Below are positions 28,777-37,884 of a stretch of 64,000 bases of DNA, piece after piece. Numbering within the stretch: position 1 is the first letter of the stretch; the number at the start of each line of letters is the position of its first letter. Under the pieces are notes generated by a model. That model did no database searches. It saw nothing but the letters and a program-made list of their open reading frames with translations, and was not told the origin of the DNA. The DNA comes from an uncultured Gemmatimonadaceae bacterium (lineage in GTDB: Bacteria > Gemmatimonadota > Gemmatimonadetes > Gemmatimonadales > Gemmatimonadaceae), in assembly GCA_963817955.1 (NCBI GenBank), contig CAWFQK010000002.1, forward strand, positions 896,001 to 960,000, in the 5' to 3' direction. The translations under genes were made by a program, and so were the position numbers.

Positions 28777-29631
28777 ATGCCCCGCCCCGCCGACATCTCC
28801 CCCCTTTCCGTACTACTGTCGCGCGTAGACGCCGTAACCGATGGCTCCCCCCCTCGCGACGCCTTCCGATCCGGCTTCCCCAGCCTCGACAAGTTTCTCG
28901 CCGGCGGATTCCGCCGCGGTGATCTCATCGTCCTTGGCGGCGACGCCGGAAGCGGCAAATCGGCCTTAGCTCTGGCCTTCACCGTCCGCGCCTCCCTGCT
29001 CCGTGCGCGGGTCGCGTTCCTCACCGCCGAAATGGCGGTTGAACGCGTACTGGAACGCATCCTTGCGATCGAAGCGCGCACGCGGGTCGATGATCTCCGT
29101 CAAGGCACGCTCAGTGACGCGGCGCGCGCCAGTGCCGGAGCGGTAGCGCTCGGGCTTCGAGAGCATTTGCCGCTCATCGAGCGTTTGCCGGCAGCCGCTG
29201 GCGTCGCGGCGGTGGCGGGGGTGCTGGATCAGTTGCCCGATCTCGACCTGGTGGTCATCGATTCCATCGCCGCGCTGCCGCAGGGTACTCGGCCCATGGA
29301 CGAGGAGTTGGCCACCGCAGTTCGCGAGCTCAAGGCTCTGGCGCTCGACCGGGACATTGCCATATTGATCACGGCGCCGCTCCCGCTGCTCCAAGCACGG
29401 CCGGATCGTCGCCCCACCCTCGACGATTTTGGCGCATTGGGAAGCATCAAACACAGTGCCGACGTCGTCCTCGGCATCTTCCGCCAAGACATGTATGAGC
29501 CGTCACGCGATATCGAGGGCGCGACGGAATTGTTGATCCGCAAAAACAGAAATGGGCCCATTGGGTACGTGGATCTGTATTTCTACGCCCAGTGGATGCG
29601 CTTTGAGGACATGCTCGACCCTGATCGGTAG
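28777..29631 (+). CDS. DnaB-like helicase C-terminal (RecA-fold) domain-only protein
   Basis: SGFPSLD, Walker A GDAGSGKS, TAEM, VVIDS, RP..DD..GSI..SADVV, KNRNGP; 284 aa, no N-terminal domain. Confidence 0.85.
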   Translation: MPRPADISPLSVLLSRVDAVTDGSPPRDAFRSGFPSLDKFLAGGFRRGDLIVLGGDAGSGKSALALAFTVRASLLRARVAFLTAEMAVERVLERILAIEARTRVDDLRQGTLSDAARASAGAVALGLREHLPLIERLPAAAGVAAVAGVLDQLPDLDLVVIDSIAALPQGTRPMDEELATAVRELKALALDRDIAILITAPLPLLQARPDRRPTLDDFGALGSIKHSADVVLGIFRQDMYEPSRDIEGATELLIRKNRNGPIGYVDLYFYAQWMRFEDMLDPDR

Positions 29632-29642
29632 GAGGTAACGCA

Positions 29643-30968
29643 ATGCGGGTGGTCCATGCAGTAGGTCTCGTCGGCGCCTTGTTCGTAGGCGGGTGCGCCA
29701 CTGCCATCTCCGGCAGCGCTGACAACATCACGCGGCTCGAGAAGGCGCGTACCGCAAATCCGACATCGGAACAGGCGGCGCGCTCTCTGGGAATCGTCTA
29801 CTTCAAGGCGAACCGCTTCGATGACGCACGCGGCGTGCTGCAGCAGGCCGTAGCCATGGCGCCAAACGACGGCATGGCCGCGCTCTACCTCGGCCTCACG
29901 GCCGAAGCGCAGAACGACAACTCGTCGGCGCGCGTCGCATACGAGTCATATATGAAGGTCGGTCAGACGCCAAAGGTGCGCGCGTTGATCGGCGATCGCC
30001 TTCAGGCGCTCAGGCTGAAGGACATTCGCGCCGCCGCCAAGCAGGCACTGGCCCGCGAGTCGCAGCTATCCGCCACGCCCGGCGCGCCAAACACGGTCGC
30101 CGTGATGCCGTTCTCGTTCACGGGCGCGGACTCGTCCCTCAAGCCTTTGGAGCGCGGCTTTGCCGAGCTGGTAACCACGGACCTCAGCCGCTCGTCGAGC
30201 CTCACGGTGCTCGATCGCATGCGCCTTCAGTCGCTGCTCGATGAAATCGCCCTGCAGCAGAACGGCACTCAGGAGGGCACCGGCGTCCGCGCCGGCAAAA
30301 TGCTCCAAGCAGGCAAGATGGTCGGCGGCACCATTCAACAGCAGGGCGAGCGGCTCCAGGCAAGCGCGATCGTCACAGACGTCGCTTCCACTCAATTGGC
30401 CGCCCCCACGACGGACAACCAGACGCTCGACCAGCTATTCACGCTCGAGAAGAACATCGCGCTCGGACTGTTCAATAACCTCGGCATCACGCTCACGACC
30501 GCCGAGCGCAATGCGATCGAACAACGGCCCACGCGCTCACTGGCTGCCTTTCTCGCGTACAGCCACGGCTTGGAGCTCGAGGATCAGGGCAAGTATGACG
30601 ACGCACGCCGATCGTTCGACGACGCGGTGCGCGTCGATCCGCGTTTTGGCGCGGCTGCGCAGAAGAGCCAGGAGGTAAAGAGCGTTTCCGCCGGCAACGC
30701 AGTGACGGCCAATGTCGTGGAGGGGAGCCTACGCGGATCGGTCGAGGGGGCGATGATGAACGACGCGACTGGCGCGTCGAACACGAACGGGACGGTGGTC
30801 GAGACCGTTGAAGGGCTGAATCCGTCCACCGCGGGCGCTGCCACGGGTGGCAGTGGCAAAGCGAGCACGCAGCCGGCAAAGGACGCCGCATCGGGAACCG
30901 GCGGCGATAACGTGACGAAGCAGACGGCGAAGTTCGGGGTTGTCATTCATCAGCCAGGGAAACCGTGA
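29643..30968 (+). CDS. TPR + CsgG/TolB-N-like lipoprotein
   Basis: Lipobox-like VGGC; TPR helices; TVAVMPF...LERGFAELVTTDL...LTVLDR...GKMLQA. Confidence 0.75.
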   Translation: MRVVHAVGLVGALFVGGCATAISGSADNITRLEKARTANPTSEQAARSLGIVYFKANRFDDARGVLQQAVAMAPNDGMAALYLGLTAEAQNDNSSARVAYESYMKVGQTPKVRALIGDRLQALRLKDIRAAAKQALARESQLSATPGAPNTVAVMPFSFTGADSSLKPLERGFAELVTTDLSRSSSLTVLDRMRLQSLLDEIALQQNGTQEGTGVRAGKMLQAGKMVGGTIQQQGERLQASAIVTDVASTQLAAPTTDNQTLDQLFTLEKNIALGLFNNLGITLTTAERNAIEQRPTRSLAAFLAYSHGLELEDQGKYDDARRSFDDAVRVDPRFGAAAQKSQEVKSVSAGNAVTANVVEGSLRGSVEGAMMNDATGASNTNGTVVETVEGLNPSTAGAATGGSGKASTQPAKDAASGTGGDNVTKQTAKFGVVIHQPGKP

Positions 30969-30969
30969 G

Positions 30970-32079
30970 ATGAAGATGCGCCGACTGGTTCCTCTCGTCC
31001 TCGCCTGCGCCTGCGTCGTTCCGTCGCTGCACGCGCAATCGCCATTCGACATCGGCGCGCGGATCGCGCCGCAGTTTCACTCGTACACGCTCGACTCGCC
31101 ATCGAACACGAAGATCAGCGAGCTCGCAGTACCGCTGTTCGTACTCGTTCCCATCTCATCATCGCTGAGCTTTGACATCGGCTCGTCCTACGTGCAGTCG
31201 CGAGTGGAGGCGACGTCACTGGGGAAGACGACGACGAGCAACATCTCGGGACTCACCGATACGCAGATCCGCGCGAACTATGTGCTCGGAACCGATTTCC
31301 TGGTTCTAACCGGGGGCGTGAACCTTCCCACGGGTCAGTCTACCGTCACCGCGGCGCAGCAGCCCGCGGCAGGCCTCATTGGCAATGACTTCCTGGCCTT
31401 TCCCATCTCGAACATGGGGACGGGGTTTGGCGGAACCGGCGGCGTTGCCATCGCTCGACCGGTGGGGGATTGGAACGTCGGCGGCGGCATCAGCCTGCGC
31501 CACTCGGCGCAATATGACCCATTTGACGCCGCCGGCGGCGCTGCCCTGCACTACCAGCCGGGCGACGAGTATCGGGCGCGCATCGGCGTGGATCGCGGTG
31601 TCGGAACGGGACACGTGATGCTTGGCGTCACCTACTCCACGTTTGGCAACGATAATCTGGCCGGCTCCATCTATAACACGGGCAATCGGTATCTGACGCA
31701 GTTCGGATACAACAACACTGTGGGCGTTGGCCAGTTGTCGATTGCCGGTTGGAACATGTACCGGACCGCGGGTACGCTCGCCGACAGCTCGTACCTCGGC
31801 CACGAGAACATTGCCGATGCGGCGGTTGCCTACGGTATTCCCGTCGGCTCGGCCACCATCGAGCCAAATGTCGAGGCGAGATACTGGACGCAGCCGGGTG
31901 CGATGGCGAGTTCGCTGGGCACGGTTGGCATTCGGATGCAGCTCAAGGTCGCTGGATTGTCGATGCTGCCGAGCGTCGGCTATTCACTGGGGCGTGTCGC
32001 AACGCAGGACAACAATTTGCTGAGCACGACGGCGTCGCTGACGGGGCTACACGCAATCCTGACAATACGACTCCGATAG
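30970..32079 (+). CDS. Putative outer-membrane beta-barrel protein
   Basis: Signal peptide ...SLHAQ; amphipathic beta strands; C-term ILTIRLR. Confidence 0.6.
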   Translation: MKMRRLVPLVLACACVVPSLHAQSPFDIGARIAPQFHSYTLDSPSNTKISELAVPLFVLVPISSSLSFDIGSSYVQSRVEATSLGKTTTSNISGLTDTQIRANYVLGTDFLVLTGGVNLPTGQSTVTAAQQPAAGLIGNDFLAFPISNMGTGFGGTGGVAIARPVGDWNVGGGISLRHSAQYDPFDAAGGAALHYQPGDEYRARIGVDRGVGTGHVMLGVTYSTFGNDNLAGSIYNTGNRYLTQFGYNNTVGVGQLSIAGWNMYRTAGTLADSSYLGHENIADAAVAYGIPVGSATIEPNVEARYWTQPGAMASSLGTVGIRMQLKVAGLSMLPSVGYSLGRVATQDNNLLSTTASLTGLHAILTIRLR

Positions 32080-32139
32080 CCTCGTAGCGCCCAATTCCGC
32101 CCGCTATATTGCGAGTCAAACCCTGTCCCGACCCGTCCT

Positions 32140-32889
32140 ATGGCTGGCCACAGTAAATGGAAGCAGATCAAGCATTACAAGGCGGCAACTGACGCCAAGC
32201 GTAATGCCCTGTTCACAAAGCTCATCCGCGAGATCACGATGGCCGCGAAGCTCGGCGGCGGTGATCCGGGTGGCAATCCTCGTCTCCGTCTGGCAATCGA
32301 TACGGCGCGATCGCGCTCGATGCCGAAGGAGAACATCGAGCGTGCGATCCTCAAGGGTACCGGCGAGCTCGAGGGTGTCGACTACCAGGAAGTGACGTAC
32401 GAGGGCTACGGTCCCGGCGGTGTCGCGCTGCTCATTGACGCGGTGACCGACAACCCCACGCGCACGGTCGCCGAGGTTCGCAGCAAGATGAGCCGCCTGG
32501 GTGGAAACCTGGGCACGCCGAACTCCGTGGGCTGGATGTTCGAGAAGAAAGGGCAGATCTACGTCGATGGACCCCCCGCCGACGAGGATTCGCTCATGGA
32601 GAAAGCGCTCGAAGCGGGTGCGGAAGACGTACAGCGCGAAGACGACCGCTTCTTGATCTCCACCCATCCGAGCGAGTTCCACTCCGTGCAGGAAGCGCTC
32701 AAGAAGAGCGGAGTGACGATTGCCGAAGCGGAGCTGGCAATGGTGCCGAAGAACAGCGTCCAGATCGCCGGCAAAGACGCCGAATCGCTGTTCAAGCTCA
32801 TGGAGACGATCGAAGACCTCGATGACGTGCAGAAGGTGTGGGCCAACTTCGAGATCGACGCAGCCGAGCTGGCGAAGGTCGAGGGGTGA
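32140..32889 (+). CDS. yebC: YebC/PmpR family protein
   Basis: MAGHSKW, NPRLRLAI, YEGYGPGG, TDNPTRT, EDLDDVQKV. Confidence 0.97.
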   Translation: MAGHSKWKQIKHYKAATDAKRNALFTKLIREITMAAKLGGGDPGGNPRLRLAIDTARSRSMPKENIERAILKGTGELEGVDYQEVTYEGYGPGGVALLIDAVTDNPTRTVAEVRSKMSRLGGNLGTPNSVGWMFEKKGQIYVDGPPADEDSLMEKALEAGAEDVQREDDRFLISTHPSEFHSVQEALKKSGVTIAEAELAMVPKNSVQIAGKDAESLFKLMETIEDLDDVQKVWANFEIDAAELAKVEG

Positions 32890-33411
32890 TCGTTCTCGGG
32901 ATCGATCCGGGAACTGCAAGCACCGGTTATGGTGTGTTGAAGGGAGACGGGCTTGGGCTCGTCTCCCTTGTCGAATGTGGGGTGATCCGAACAAAAGCGC
33001 GCGATCCGCTGCCGGCACGACTCCATGAAATCTTCGAAGGCGTCACCGAGTTGATCGCACGACACAAACCAGACGCACTGTCGGTGGAGGACGTCTTTTA
33101 CGCCAAGAACGTCCGCACGACTGTGGTGCTCGGACACGCGCGTGGAGTGGTGCTGCTCGCCGGACAACAAGCCGGAATGGACATTCACGAGATCCCGCCC
33201 GCGGAGATCAAGAAGGCAGTGGTGGGCACCGGCGCCGCAACCAAAGGAACAAGTGCAATTCATGCTCATGCGGCTGCTGCGACTGAAATCGGTGCCGCAG
33301 CCGTCCGACGCCGCCGATGGCGTGGCGGCGGCGCTGGCCTGCCTCATGGGCATGAACGTGCCGACGGTGGCCGGAATTCGCGCACGAGCGCATACACGAG
33401 CGCTTAAATGA
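32886..33411 (+). CDS. ruvC: Holliday junction resolvase, apparent +1 frameshift at 33243-33245
   Basis: VLGIDPG, VEDVF, LGHARGV, IKKAVVGTGAATK then KEQVQFM...DAADGVAAA in the next frame; one extra A. Confidence 0.92.
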
Positions 33412-34013
33412 TTGCACAGGTCAGCGGAACGTTGGTGAGCAAGGTGCTGGATCGCGTCGAGGTGATGACCGCCGGCGGCGTTGCGTACGAGCTGGCCATT
33501 CCGCTCGGCGTGTACGAGAGTTTGCCGCGTACCGGCGAGAACGTGCTGCTGCATACGCACCTGGTCGTGAAGGAAGATGCCTGGCAGCTCTTCGGCTTCT
33601 CGACCACATTCGAGCGACGCGTCTTTCAGCGCGTGCTGAACGCCAAAGGGGTTGGGCCGTCCCTCGCCCTGGGCCTGCTGTCGACGCTCACCGCCGATCG
33701 TCTCGTTCGCGCGCTGCGCGAGAAGGACGTGCCGACACTCCAGAGCGTGCCACGCGTAGGCCGAAAGAAGGCGGAACAGCTCATTCTCGACCTCGCGGAC
33801 AAGCTCGATGACCTGCAAGTTTCCGTGCCCACAGGAGGCCGAGCCCCGCGGCCAGAAGGAGCAGGCGTAGAGGACGCGGTTCGTGCGCTCGTTTCACTCG
33901 GCTACAGTGCAGCCGACGCGGAGCGCGCGGTGCGCCAGGCGATCGATGAAGGTGGACAGGGATTGGGCGCTGCCGAACTGATTCGGGGCGCTCTCGCAAA
34001 AATCAGAGGATAA
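33408..34013 (+). CDS. ruvA: Holliday junction branch migration protein RuvA
   Basis: GGVAYEL, VKEDAWQLFGF, GVGPSLAL, VPRVGRKKAEQL, ALVSLGY. Confidence 0.97.
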   Translation: MIAQVSGTLVSKVLDRVEVMTAGGVAYELAIPLGVYESLPRTGENVLLHTHLVVKEDAWQLFGFSTTFERRVFQRVLNAKGVGPSLALGLLSTLTADRLVRALREKDVPTLQSVPRVGRKKAEQLILDLADKLDDLQVSVPTGGRAPRPEGAGVEDAVRALVSLGYSAADAERAVRQAIDEGGQGLGAAELIRGALAKIRG

Positions 34014-34019
34014 TCTTTA

Positions 34020-35177
34020 GTGCTTGCAGCCACACGAACCGCAACGTTCACCGAATCGGTGATCCGCGAGATGACGCGCATTGCCTCGATGCACAATGCC
34101 GTCAACCTCGCCCAGGGCTTTCCCGACTTCGCGATGCCAACGCCAATGAAGGAGGCGGCGTGCACGGCAATCAACGGGGATATCAATCAATACGCCGTCA
34201 CGTGGGGCGCACCCGTGCTGCGGCAGGCCATCGCCGAGAAGTACCGGCGCTGGTACAAGATGGAAGTCGATCCCGATCGTGATGTGACCGTGACGTGCGG
34301 CGCCACCGAAGCAATGGCGTCCGTGTTCATGGCACTGATGAATCCGGGCGACGAAGTGATCATTCCGGAACCGTTCTACGAGAATTACGGTCCCGATGCG
34401 ATCCTCGCCGGCGCCTGCCCGGTGTTCATGCCGTTCGAGCGGCCAGACTGGACACTCGACGCCGACCGCCTGCGGCGGACGTTCAACTCGCGGACCAAGG
34501 CGATCATCCTCAACACGCCGCACAATCCGACTGGCCGCGTGCTCACGCGTGACGAGATATCGCTGATCGCCGAGCTATGTATTGAGCATGATGTGTGGGC
34601 AATCACCGACTCGCCGTACGAGCACATGGTGTACGCCGGACATCACCACGAGATCGCGACGTGGCCGGGCATGCGCGAGCGGACGATCACCATCTCCTCG
34701 CTGTCGAAGACTTATAGCTGTACGGGGTGGCGCATCGGGTGGATCGTCGCGCCGCCGGCGCAGACGGGCCCGATCCGCAAAGTGCACGACTTTCTCACGG
34801 TGGGCGCGCCCGCACCGCTGCAAGCCGCGGCCGCCGTCGGCTTTGCCTTCGACGCAGAGTATTACAACCGCTTCACAGCGGACTACAAGACGCGCCGCGA
34901 CTTCCTCAGCCGCGTGCTGCGCGAAGCGGGCTTCGAGTTCACGACGCCACAGGGTGCGTACTACATCTTCGCCGACTTCTCAAAGCTGAGCGATCTGGAC
35001 GACGTGACATTCGCGAAGTGGATGACCCAGGAGATCGGCGTGGCGACCGTTCCCGGCTCGAGCTTCTATTCGCGGAAGGAGGACGGCCGGAACTTCGTAC
35101 GCTTCGCCTTCTGTAAGAAGCAGTCGACACTTGATGACGCGGCCAAGCGGTTGGGAGGGTTGCGGGCGGCGTTGTAG
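34020..35177 (+). CDS. PLP-dependent aminotransferase class I/II
   Basis: NLAQGFPDF, NTPHNPTG, SLSKTYSCTGWRIG, VRFAFCK. Confidence 0.93.
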   Translation: MLAATRTATFTESVIREMTRIASMHNAVNLAQGFPDFAMPTPMKEAACTAINGDINQYAVTWGAPVLRQAIAEKYRRWYKMEVDPDRDVTVTCGATEAMASVFMALMNPGDEVIIPEPFYENYGPDAILAGACPVFMPFERPDWTLDADRLRRTFNSRTKAIILNTPHNPTGRVLTRDEISLIAELCIEHDVWAITDSPYEHMVYAGHHHEIATWPGMRERTITISSLSKTYSCTGWRIGWIVAPPAQTGPIRKVHDFLTVGAPAPLQAAAAVGFAFDAEYYNRFTADYKTRRDFLSRVLREAGFEFTTPQGAYYIFADFSKLSDLDDVTFAKWMTQEIGVATVPGSSFYSRKEDGRNFVRFAFCKKQSTLDDAAKRLGGLRAAL

Positions 35178-35258
35178 GTCATCGAGCGACGGCCTGGTCA
35201 TCCTGAAAGCTGTCATCCTGAGCGACGCCCTGTCATCCTGAGCGGAAGCGAAGGATCT
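35178..35258 (+). repeat. Tandem REP-like units (TGTCATCCTGAGC..GAAGGATCT type)
   Basis: gtcatcctga at 35197, 35212, 35232 plus degenerate unit at 35178; reverse-complement copies at 40828-40865 and 54470-54487. Confidence 0.8.
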
Positions 35259-35274
35259 CTGTGGGCGTATAGAC

Positions 35275-35625
35275 CAGCTTTTTAACGCAGAGGTCGCAGA
35301 GAACTGCAGGAGAACTGCAGGAGAACTGCAGAGGACTGCAAAAGAGAACTGCAACAGAGAACTGCAACAGAGAACTGCACAAAAGAAACTGGAAAAGGGA
35401 ACTGCAAGATAGAACTGGAAGCGTACGGAAGAAGGAGGCGCGTATAGGTGGAATGAATTGTGACTGCCGAGTCCACAATCATTCCGCTCATATCGTTGAT
35501 GATCCCGACCTGGGCGATACCATCGGAACATCACGACGGCATCAGGCAAGACGTCCAGGCGAGACAATCCTTCACAGTCCTCTGCAGTTCTCCTGCAGTT
35601 CTCTGCGACCTCTGCGTTAAAGCTG
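35275..35625. repeat. Palindromic MITE/REPIN-like element, copy 1
   Basis: Terminal IR aacgcagaggtcgcagagaactgcaggagaactgcag / ctgcagttctcctgcagttctctgcgacctctgcgtt; internal tandem (g)agaactgca units; 160-bp core shared with copy 2. Confidence 0.85.
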
Positions 35626-35641
35626 TTGCGCCCTCCGCCCC

Positions 35642-36061
35642 TCAGCTCATCATCGCGCCGGGCGTAACGTGCAGTGCCGTCCTCACCTGGATCGGTACGT
35701 CAATCGTATGATCGCCGTCGATCGCGATGGCCATGGTGTAGGCCCCCGCGCTGTCCATGGGCAGATCGAGTTGGGCGATCAACGGCAGATCCATCTCGGC
35801 CACGCCTGGCGGCGGCGCGCCGACATTGAGATCGCCGGAGCTCTGCCAGAGCTCCTGTCCGTTTGGGCTGCGCCAACTGAAGCTCACGGTGTGGGCGCCA
35901 ATGTCCACACCGGTGCCCTTGAGATGAACCACGAGATGTGCCCGTGGATGGACGGCCGGCAGCGATGCGACCTGCAAGGCGTCGAAGACGCCGAGGACGT
36001 TCAACTTCCCTTCCTGGGACAGGTTCGCGGCGTCGGCGAAAATTGCGAAGGAGACGTACAT
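35642..36061 (-). CDS. DUF6941-like small beta-rich protein
   Basis: FAIFADAANLSQEGKLNVLGVFD...GAYTMAIAIDG. Confidence 0.7.
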   Translation of the reverse strand: MYVSFAIFADAANLSQEGKLNVLGVFDALQVASLPAVHPRAHLVVHLKGTGVDIGAHTVSFSWRSPNGQELWQSSGDLNVGAPPPGVAEMDLPLIAQLDLPMDSAGAYTMAIAIDGDHTIDVPIQVRTALHVTPGAMMS

Positions 36062-36106
36062 GGCTGAACATAGACAGGGCCGAGGCCGTGCGTCTACTTT
36101 TCATGC

Positions 36107-37030
36107 ATGGGTTCGACTGCAGCTGAAACGGTTACGCCCGGCCACGCAAGCATCTCCACGCGGCCGGGCGTTTGGTTCACGGAAGTAACGCTCGTGCTGA
36201 TGGCGCTCATCTGGGGCGTCAATTTCAGCGTCGTCAAGTACGGCACCAGCCTCGTCGATCCGCTCGCCTACAATGGGGTGCGCGTCGTACTCGCCGCGGT
36301 GTTGTTGTTCGGCATCGTGCTCCTCGGCCGAATGCCGATGCCCCGCAGCCGAGACGCCGTCGCGCTCCTCGCGCTGGGCGTGCTGGGGAACGGCATCTAT
36401 CAGTTTTTCTTTGTAGAGGGCATTTCCCGCACGAGTGCGAGCGACGCGGCGCTCGTCGTTGCCGCCTCCCCGGCGTTCATCGCCATCATCGGACGAATAC
36501 GCGGCATTGAGCGTGTACACGCGCGAGGCGTCGCCGGGATTGCGCTGTCGATAGCCGGCATCGGTCTCGTCGTGCTTGGCACGACCAAAGGGACCGGGGG
36601 AAGCTCGTCGGTCATTGGGGACTTACTGGTGCTGTGTGGGTCCCTCGCCTGGGCGGCGTACACGGTGATGCTCAAGCCATACACCGAGCGCGTGCCAGGC
36701 ATGCAACTATCCGCGTTCACGATGCTGGGCGGCGCCGTCACGCTGCTCATAGTGGCGTGGCCGGCGATGATGCACGCGAACTGGGCGACGCTGCCGACGC
36801 TGGGATGGGCAGCAGTGCTGTACAGCGGCGTGTTCGCGCTCGTCGTCGCCTACTTCTTCTGGTATCGCGGCGTGCGCGTCATTGGCCCCACACGCACGGC
36901 AATGTACTCCAATCTGCAGCCGGTGATCGCCGTGCTCGTTGCCTGGATCATGCTCTCGGAGGTGCCCACGCCGTGGCAGGGCGTGGGAGCCGCGTGCATT
37001 CTCAGCGGACTCTTTCTGACGCGCACGTGA
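36107..37030 (+). CDS. EamA/DMT family transporter
   Basis: 10 TM pattern; LIWGVNF, GDLLVL, NLQPVIAVL. Confidence 0.92.
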   Translation: MGSTAAETVTPGHASISTRPGVWFTEVTLVLMALIWGVNFSVVKYGTSLVDPLAYNGVRVVLAAVLLFGIVLLGRMPMPRSRDAVALLALGVLGNGIYQFFFVEGISRTSASDAALVVAASPAFIAIIGRIRGIERVHARGVAGIALSIAGIGLVVLGTTKGTGGSSSVIGDLLVLCGSLAWAAYTVMLKPYTERVPGMQLSAFTMLGGAVTLLIVAWPAMMHANWATLPTLGWAAVLYSGVFALVVAYFFWYRGVRVIGPTRTAMYSNLQPVIAVLVAWIMLSEVPTPWQGVGAACILSGLFLTRT

Positions 37031-37755
37031 AGCTCGTTCTGTTCGATATCGACGGAACAATCCTATTGACCGACGGGGCGGGCCGACGCGCCGTGCATCG
37101 CGCCTTGCTCGAGGTTTTTGGCACCACCGGACCTGACGACCATCGGTTCGACGGCAAGACCGATCCCCAAATCGTCCGCGAATTGATGCGCATGGCCGGC
37201 CATGCCGACGATCACATCGATGCGCGCATGGCGAGGCTGCTCGAGCGTTACGTGGAGTGCCTGCGCGAGGAGTTGGTGATCGGCGCGTCGGCCACCACGG
37301 TGATGCCAGGGATTCCGCCGCTACTCGACGCCCTGCATGCACACCCTGACGTGGTGCTCGGCCTCCTCACGGGCAATGTCGCCGCCGGCGCCCGCGCCAA
37401 ACTCCAGGCCGCGGCTGTCGATCCCGATCGATTCCGTATCGGTGCGTACGGTTCGGACTCGGAAACGCGTGGTGATCTGCCGCGCGTTGCCCAGCAGCGC
37501 GCCCGCGACGAATTGGGCGTGGTCGTGGAGGGACACGATGTCGTCGTGATCGGCGACACCCCTGCCGACATTCAGTGCGGCCGAAGCATTGGCGCGCGCT
37601 CGATTGCCGTGGCTACGAGCCACTACAGCGTGGACGACCTGCTGGCACACGACCCCTCAGCGGTCTTCGAGGACTTCTCCTGTACCGAGGACGTGGTGCG
37701 GGCCATTCTCGCCGACTCCGTCGGCCCGGGCGACGCGCGCCACTGTCGAGCGTGA
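37027..37755 (+). CDS. HAD-superfamily hydrolase
   Basis: GTG 37027; LFDIDGT, LLTGN, VIGDTPAD. Confidence 0.92.
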   Translation: MKLVLFDIDGTILLTDGAGRRAVHRALLEVFGTTGPDDHRFDGKTDPQIVRELMRMAGHADDHIDARMARLLERYVECLREELVIGASATTVMPGIPPLLDALHAHPDVVLGLLTGNVAAGARAKLQAAAVDPDRFRIGAYGSDSETRGDLPRVAQQRARDELGVVVEGHDVVVIGDTPADIQCGRSIGARSIAVATSHYSVDDLLAHDPSAVFEDFSCTEDVVRAILADSVGPGDARHCRA

Positions 37756-37884
37756 TTTTCGTCTACCTGGGAATAGAGGAGTGACATAGTGCTGTTTGTT
37801 TGTTAAATGGCACTATGCTATACTGGTTATTCCCACTTATGACGGGACCGGCCACAGCTGGCCAGATCCGCTCGCCATGTCCCG

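Noticed and set aside
33243..33245. Programmed ribosomal frameshifting in ruvC, tgt or hsdR
   Set aside because: No canonical slippery heptamer; pattern fits homopolymer miscalls.
35290..35420. AACTGCA arrays as CRISPR
   Set aside because: Units are ~9-12 bp, directly tandem, with no unique spacers; no cas genes.
35460..35711. Similar small ORFs in the two repeat elements (also 40624-40893)
   Set aside because: An indel changes the N-terminal frame between copies and many differences are non-synonymous; the similarity is explained by the DNA repeat.
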